A stretch of 51,305 nt of DNA, taken from positions 1 to 51,305 of IMG/VR virus record IMGVR_UViG_3300030450_002582. One strand, 5' to 3'. Of the stretch, positions 47,181-51,305 are shown in pieces (position 1 is the first letter of the stretch; each line of letters begins with the position of its first letter). This DNA comes from a virus (Duplodnaviria > Caudoviricetes). The notes beneath the pieces are model-generated. The model was not told the DNA's origin. It saw only the letters and a list, made by a program, of their open reading frames with translations, and searched no databases. Made by a program: the position numbers and the translations under genes.

Positions 47181-47209
47181 TTGACTGTAAACCTTGATAT
47201 TATTAAATT
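47181..47209 (+). promoter_or_regulatory. Sigma70-type promoter of the recombination/replication operon
   Basis: TTGACT-17 bp-TAAATT upstream of GGAGG and the ATG at 47234. Confidence 0.7.
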
Positions 47210-47233
47210 TAGACTACATTTATGGAGGGATAA

Positions 47234-48016
47234 ATGGACATTCAAAACATATATAATGACTACTTAAAACATCAAGATTCTTTAAGAGAAAGAGATGAAA
47301 ATGTTTTTCATGCATCATCCGCAGGTAGTTGTTATAGAAAACAAATGTATTCTTATTATGATTATCCATCTGATGATAAAGATCAAGCATCATTTAGATT
47401 ACTAAGGCTTGGAACTATTGTACATAAGGATTTAGAAGAAGCTATGTGTATGTATCAAGATAGTATAGCAGAAACAGAGCCTAATAAAAGAATATATATC
47501 GAAGAAAAAGTTAAAATAGAAGAATTAGATGTTGTTGGAACATTTGATGCTGGAGAATTTATACAAGATAATGATGAATCAGTATTTTATCTTTATGATT
47601 TTAAAACTGCAGCTGCATATAAATGGACAACAAAATTCGGTAGGATAAAAAATAGAGTAGCAAGTACAGACACTAATTACAAACTACAATTAGGTACTTA
47701 TGCTTTAGCAATGCAAAATAAATTGGGATTTGCTAACATCCCTTTACAACCAACTAAAATTCATATGTATTTAATATGGTATAATAAAAATACATCTCAA
47801 ATGAGAGAACAAATAGTTAGTAATGAATGGATAGATAAAGCATTGGAATATTGGACAGAAGTATATGAAATGAAAGAAGATATGGAAAAAGGATTTGAAG
47901 ATGAGTTAATACCAGAAATTACATATGGTGTACCTGTTCAAGATTGGGAATGTAGATATTGTCAATATTATAGTATCTGTCCATCTACGCTAGCAGATAA
48001 AAAAAAGAAATACTAA
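47234..48016 (+). CDS. Cas4-like PD-(D/E)XK exonuclease
   Basis: SCYRK, GTIVH, IEE, GTFD, DFKT and QLGTY motifs, plus C-terminal CRYCQYYSIC (1+3 Cys, Fe-S type). Confidence 0.85.
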   Translation: MDIQNIYNDYLKHQDSLRERDENVFHASSAGSCYRKQMYSYYDYPSDDKDQASFRLLRLGTIVHKDLEEAMCMYQDSIAETEPNKRIYIEEKVKIEELDVVGTFDAGEFIQDNDESVFYLYDFKTAAAYKWTTKFGRIKNRVASTDTNYKLQLGTYALAMQNKLGFANIPLQPTKIHMYLIWYNKNTSQMREQIVSNEWIDKALEYWTEVYEMKEDMEKGFEDELIPEITYGVPVQDWECRYCQYYSICPSTLADKKKKY

Positions 48017-48026
48017 AGGAGATAAA

Positions 48027-48665
48027 ATGAGCAATAATAATGAAGTAATTGTTGTAGATCAACAAATGTTGGATGCAACAGATTCAGTAAGACAAGCAAT
48101 AACAAAAAAACATAAGAAAGTATCTAGAATAAAAACACCTAAACCATTTGTTAAGAAAAAAATGGGATTAGATTATGTAGAATTTTCTTATATGAGAGAA
48201 GTAGCGGATAAAGAATATCCAGGTTGGTCTTGGACAATAGAAAAATCAGAAGTATTAGGTAGTGAAGCTTATGTAGTACATGGTAGAATTACTTGGTATG
48301 ATGAAGGTATTTGGAGAAAAGCTGATATGGTAGCTGCTCATAGAATACAAAAGAAGAGAGGAACTAACGAATTTGTAGATATAGGTAATGATGTTAAATC
48401 AGCTAATACAGATTGTATTAAAAAAGCATTTAATATGTATTTAAATATTGCTGATGATGTATATCGTAATCAAGTTGAAGATGTTTCACTATCAGATGAA
48501 CAAAAGAATGATATTTTATTAATCGCAAGTGAAATAAGTGAAGAAAGAATGGAACAAATACATGATTTGATTAAAGATCAAGCAATAAATACTGCAAATT
48601 ATAATTCATCTAAAATAAAATTAGATAGAGAGCTGGAGAAAAAAAATGAAAAGTCTAAACAATAA
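48027..48665 (+). CDS. Rad52/Sak-like single-strand annealing protein
   Basis: LDYV...YPGWSW...KSANTDCIKKAFNMYLNIADDVY; adjacent to the exonuclease. Confidence 0.75.
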   Translation: MSNNNEVIVVDQQMLDATDSVRQAITKKHKKVSRIKTPKPFVKKKMGLDYVEFSYMREVADKEYPGWSWTIEKSEVLGSEAYVVHGRITWYDEGIWRKADMVAAHRIQKKRGTNEFVDIGNDVKSANTDCIKKAFNMYLNIADDVYRNQVEDVSLSDEQKNDILLIASEISEERMEQIHDLIKDQAINTANYNSSKIKLDRELEKKNEKSKQ

Positions 48666-48906
48666 CTATGGAGAAATTCATTCACTTCTTACACAAGAAG
48701 AATGTTATACAATAGGCACTAACGATGGAAAAGAATTTAGAAGAGTAGTTTATAAAGGGACTAGACTTTTAAATGGAAAACCAATGATGGTATTTAAAAC
48801 AGAAGATAAAAAATCTTTAACTGTTAATCCATCTTTCCATACTTTCACAATAGAAGAACAACCTCTTCCACAACCGGAAGACTTTAATATAAACAAAGGA
48901 GAATAA
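48646..48906 (+). CDS. Hypothetical protein
   Basis: SD GGAG; coupled within the operon. Confidence 0.7.
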   Translation: MKSLNNNYGEIHSLLTQEECYTIGTNDGKEFRRVVYKGTRLLNGKPMMVFKTEDKKSLTVNPSFHTFTIEEQPLPQPEDFNINKGE

Positions 48907-48907
48907 A

Positions 48908-49180
48908 ATGGGAAAAATCTCAGTAAAAGACACAGAAGCTTTGAAAAAAGAAGGTGTCTTATCAAATAAAGCAATGGCTGAGTTAGGAAAAAGAAACTTA
49001 GTTGCTAAAAAAACTAGCACTAAAAGGTTTATTAAAACTGCCGATGGCAAGTTTGTAGAACCTAAGTTATATTTCCGAGGCTCTAATGGAACAGAACCAT
49101 CTAAAGAGATGATTGAGTTTCAAACAGCCTATAGTGAATTGCTTAATAAATACACAACAACAAAAACAACAAATAAATAG
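48908..49180 (+). CDS. Hypothetical basic protein
   Basis: SD AAGGAG; 90 aa. Confidence 0.7.
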   Translation: MGKISVKDTEALKKEGVLSNKAMAELGKRNLVAKKTSTKRFIKTADGKFVEPKLYFRGSNGTEPSKEMIEFQTAYSELLNKYTTTKTTNK

Positions 49181-49188
49181 GAGTAATA

Positions 49189-49815
49189 ATGGCGAAAGCA
49201 CTAGAAGCAGTATTTGACTCAACAGCAGTAAATACATGGCTACCAATCGAAGAAGGAGAGTACCCAGCACATATAACATCTTTATCTACTAAAGAAGTTA
49301 ATACAAGAGCTGGAGAAGCTATCGTTGTAAACATGACATATAAAATAGCAGCTGAAGTAGCAGATTGCAATCAGCTATTATGGGAAATGGATGGATACAA
49401 TTACAAGAAAGATGCAAGTGGAGATAAAATACCAGTACTGAATGGTGATGGTCAAGCAACTGCTGACTGTACTCATTTAAAAGACAGAAAAATGTATGAT
49501 AATGGATTCTGGGTATTTACTGATACATCATCAGCAGGTAAAAATAGCAGATATTTTCAACTACTAGAAGAACTTGGCATTAAATGTGAAGATAACAAAG
49601 GCATTAAGAAATTAATGTTAGTAGAAGAAGATGATGTTGTAGGAAAACCTGTTCTTGTTAATGTACAAAGACAAGAATATGTCACTAAAGAAACTCGTGA
49701 TTTACCAGTAGATCAACAAGAAAAAAGATCTACATTTAAAGTAAGCACATTAAAAGCATGGGAAGGTGGAGATACATTAAGTTTGGAAGAGCTTGATGAC
49801 GATGTACCATTCTAA
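49189..49815 (+). CDS. Single-stranded DNA-binding protein (DUF669-like)
   Basis: PIEEGEYPAHI start, VGKPVLVNV, and acidic C-terminal tip ELDDDVPF. Confidence 0.75.
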   Translation: MAKALEAVFDSTAVNTWLPIEEGEYPAHITSLSTKEVNTRAGEAIVVNMTYKIAAEVADCNQLLWEMDGYNYKKDASGDKIPVLNGDGQATADCTHLKDRKMYDNGFWVFTDTSSAGKNSRYFQLLEELGIKCEDNKGIKKLMLVEEDDVVGKPVLVNVQRQEYVTKETRDLPVDQQEKRSTFKVSTLKAWEGGDTLSLEELDDDVPF

Positions 49816-49868
49816 ATAAGGAAAAAAAGGGTTTCCATTCTTATGGTTAATGAAGGTAAATTAGAGGC

Positions 49869-49935
49869 GAGGGTAGTCGATTTTAAGCATATCTCTCTCT
49901 CGTCTCTCCCTTCGTTCTCCAAGGCGGCTACCCTC
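49869..49935 (+). other. Stem-loop with pyrimidine-rich (anti-RBS-like) loop
   Basis: GAGGGTAGTCG / CGGCTACCCTC (11 bp, 1 G-U); 45-nt loop containing CATATCTCTCTCTCGTCTCTCCC. Confidence 0.6.
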
Positions 49936-49957
49936 AATATTTAAAAAGGAAAGAGAG

Positions 49958-50215
49958 ATGAGTAAACCATCAAGCGCATTAATTAAATTAACAGATCCCG
50001 AAATAGGTTATGTTATAATAGCATTAGTAATGGCTAAGCAAGCATCTGCAAATCTTGGAGAAGAATATTATGAAAAAATGTTTGATAGTCTTTTAAAGGA
50101 TTTTAAAGGTATAAAAGAACAAATAAAACAAGGGGATAAGCAAATTGAAATCGATAACAAAAATGAAAAGAAAATTAGGGGAAGCGAGCAAACTTGCAAA
50201 AGCTGCTCTGATTAA
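49958..50215 (+). CDS. Hypothetical protein
   Basis: SD AAGGA; ends in CxxC. Confidence 0.65.
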   Translation: MSKPSSALIKLTDPEIGYVIIALVMAKQASANLGEEYYEKMFDSLLKDFKGIKEQIKQGDKQIEIDNKNEKKIRGSEQTCKSCSD

Positions 50216-50444
50216 TGGGCCTAAATGGAATCCTTCTAAGGGATTTAAATATATTAAAGATGTACGAGTTGGAGAATTAGTAGATACAGGATCTGGTCTA
50301 AGAGCTATTGTCGCAGATCATGGTGAATGTTCAACAACAGTATTAGTATTAAGAGCAGATTGTCATCCAGAAAAAGATAGACAATTTTATTTAGGTAAAC
50401 ATAGATGGGCTCAAACAACAGAAATAAAAATAATAGGAGATTAA
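50145..50444 (+). CDS. Hypothetical protein
   Basis: TTG start (or ATG at 50163); small beta-barrel-like C-terminal half. Confidence 0.65.
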   Translation: MKSITKMKRKLGEASKLAKAALINGPKWNPSKGFKYIKDVRVGELVDTGSGLRAIVADHGECSTTVLVLRADCHPEKDRQFYLGKHRWAQTTEIKIIGD

Positions 50445-50445
50445 T

Positions 50446-50757
50446 ATGCCAAAACCATTTAAAAAAGAAGGATTAACAGATTATATGTCTAGATATAAAG
50501 AAAAATCAGAACACTTAGAAGAGGGTTTAAGAATAATTAAAGATAAAATAATAAATGAAGGATGCAAATTAGTCAATGTAGAAGAATTGTTAGACTTAAC
50601 AATTGAATATCTTGATGAATTTAATGATGGATATAAGATAGCAAAAGAGTATTCAAATCATTCTACACAATATAGAGAAGTGCACTATATTAGCCCTAAC
50701 GATCCAGGCGATGAGAATGATAATTTAGGAGATGATTTAGAGTATAATTATGGGTAA
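50446..50757 (+). CDS. Hypothetical acidic protein
   Basis: SD AGGAG; 103 aa. Confidence 0.7.
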   Translation: MPKPFKKEGLTDYMSRYKEKSEHLEEGLRIIKDKIINEGCKLVNVEELLDLTIEYLDEFNDGYKIAKEYSNHSTQYREVHYISPNDPGDENDNLGDDLEYNYG

Positions 50758-50935
50758 AGATAGTCAACACGCAGATGAAAGAATAAAGTATTGTCATAAA
50801 TGTAAACGATGCTATGAATTAATTGGGAGAGCAATGACTAGCAGAATTAAAACAGAAATTGTTTATTATCTTAATTTTCCAACTTATGGGAAAGAAAAAC
50901 AAGTATGTAAAATATGTAAAAAGGGGGGAATTTGA
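50750..50935 (+). CDS. Small Zn-finger protein
   Basis: CHKC...CKIC. Confidence 0.65.
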   Translation: MGKDSQHADERIKYCHKCKRCYELIGRAMTSRIKTEIVYYLNFPTYGKEKQVCKICKKGGI

Positions 50936-51305
50936 GAGATTCTAAAGTATTTAAATGTCCAGCATGTGGGTATGATCCTTTTAATAATGAAAGAATCGGT
51001 CCTCAAATGAATAAAATATTAAAGTCAAAAAATAAAAAAACTATAAAATTATTAAATAAAATAGCTAGTTTAATAATGGCAAATATACCATCAGAATCAA
51101 GAAAAAGTTATTCTCAATTTCTTTATGGTATAAAAGATGTTGAAGATAAAGTAATTCAATATGCAATAGAAAGATTTTATCAATCAAGACATTATCTTAG
51201 TGGTAAAGGATTTGCATATTTAAGAACAATATGTTTAAACAGAGGAAAGAACATAGAAATAATAAAGAAAAACGAAAGAAATAGGATTGGATCTACTCCA
51301 CCTGT
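50932..51305 (+). CDS. Truncated CDS, CxxC + DnaD-like domain
   Basis: TTG start after GGGGGG; open to the window end: MRDSKVFKCPACG...VIQYAIERFYQSRHYLSGKGFAYLRTICLNRG. Not in the ORF track because it has no stop. Confidence 0.6.
   Translation, partial: MRDSKVFKCPACGYDPFNNERIGPQMNKILKSKNKKTIKLLNKIASLIMANIPSESRKSYSQFLYGIKDVEDKVIQYAIERFYQSRHYLSGKGFAYLRTICLNRGKNIEIIKKNERNRIGSTPP

Noticed and set aside
43669-47233. tRNA genes in the structured early intergenic gaps
   Set aside because: No cloverleaf with a T-loop GTTCRA motif or acceptor stem was found by eye.
47234-48016. Cas4-like gene suggesting a CRISPR system
   Set aside because: No repeat-spacer array or other cas gene was seen; the context is a phage recombination operon.
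179-49370. Short opposite-strand ORFs in the track (e.g. 179..424, 1387..1641, 27824..28144, 32841..33260, 44564..44788, 48750..49370)
   Set aside because: They are shadows of longer motif-bearing genes, without SD sites or recognisable features.
1-51305. The last ORF joins in frame to the first partial ORF if the window is circularised
   Set aside because: There is no terminal overlap or repeat, an in-frame join has a 1-in-3 chance, and the two pieces resemble different families (DnaD-like and DUF932-like). Some sequence is probably missing.

Overview
AT-rich, gene-dense dsDNA tailed phage sequence. It is probably most of a podovirus-like genome, with CDSs truncated at both ends. There are two opposed transcription blocks. 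(1) A + strand early/replication block (42971..51305 and 1..3387): many small ORFs, Cas4-like exonuclease, Rad52/Sak-like annealase, SSB-like protein, DnaD-like protein, Dam-type methylase, DnaB helicase and RuvC-like resolvase. (2) A - strand late block (42770..3451): TerS, metallophosphoesterase, SNase, TerL, M15 endolysin, portal, scaffold, major capsid, adaptors, a five-LamG fibre, small membrane/lysis proteins, a tail nozzle and five internal/ejection proteins. The main discovery is the 2730-aa internal virion protein (7137..15329, -). It carries, in the correct order, the motifs of a single-chain two-barrel RNA polymerase (SDG, two Lys, GRWP...LHP...ADHDGD, GILMN, AVDNAK) and also contains a GNAT acetyltransferase domain and N-terminal membrane segments. 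This suggests a crAss/RNAi-polymerase-like virion RNAP in a small phage with Shine-Dalgarno-led genes, sigma70-type promoters and no DNA polymerase visible in the window. Other signals are a family of long-stem, large-loop RNA hairpins between early genes (one loop antisense to another gene's RBS and start codon), a pair of related His/Cys lipoproteins in the early and lysis regions, and several small ORFs missed by the ORF track. All calls come from reading motifs by eye; no database search was run.
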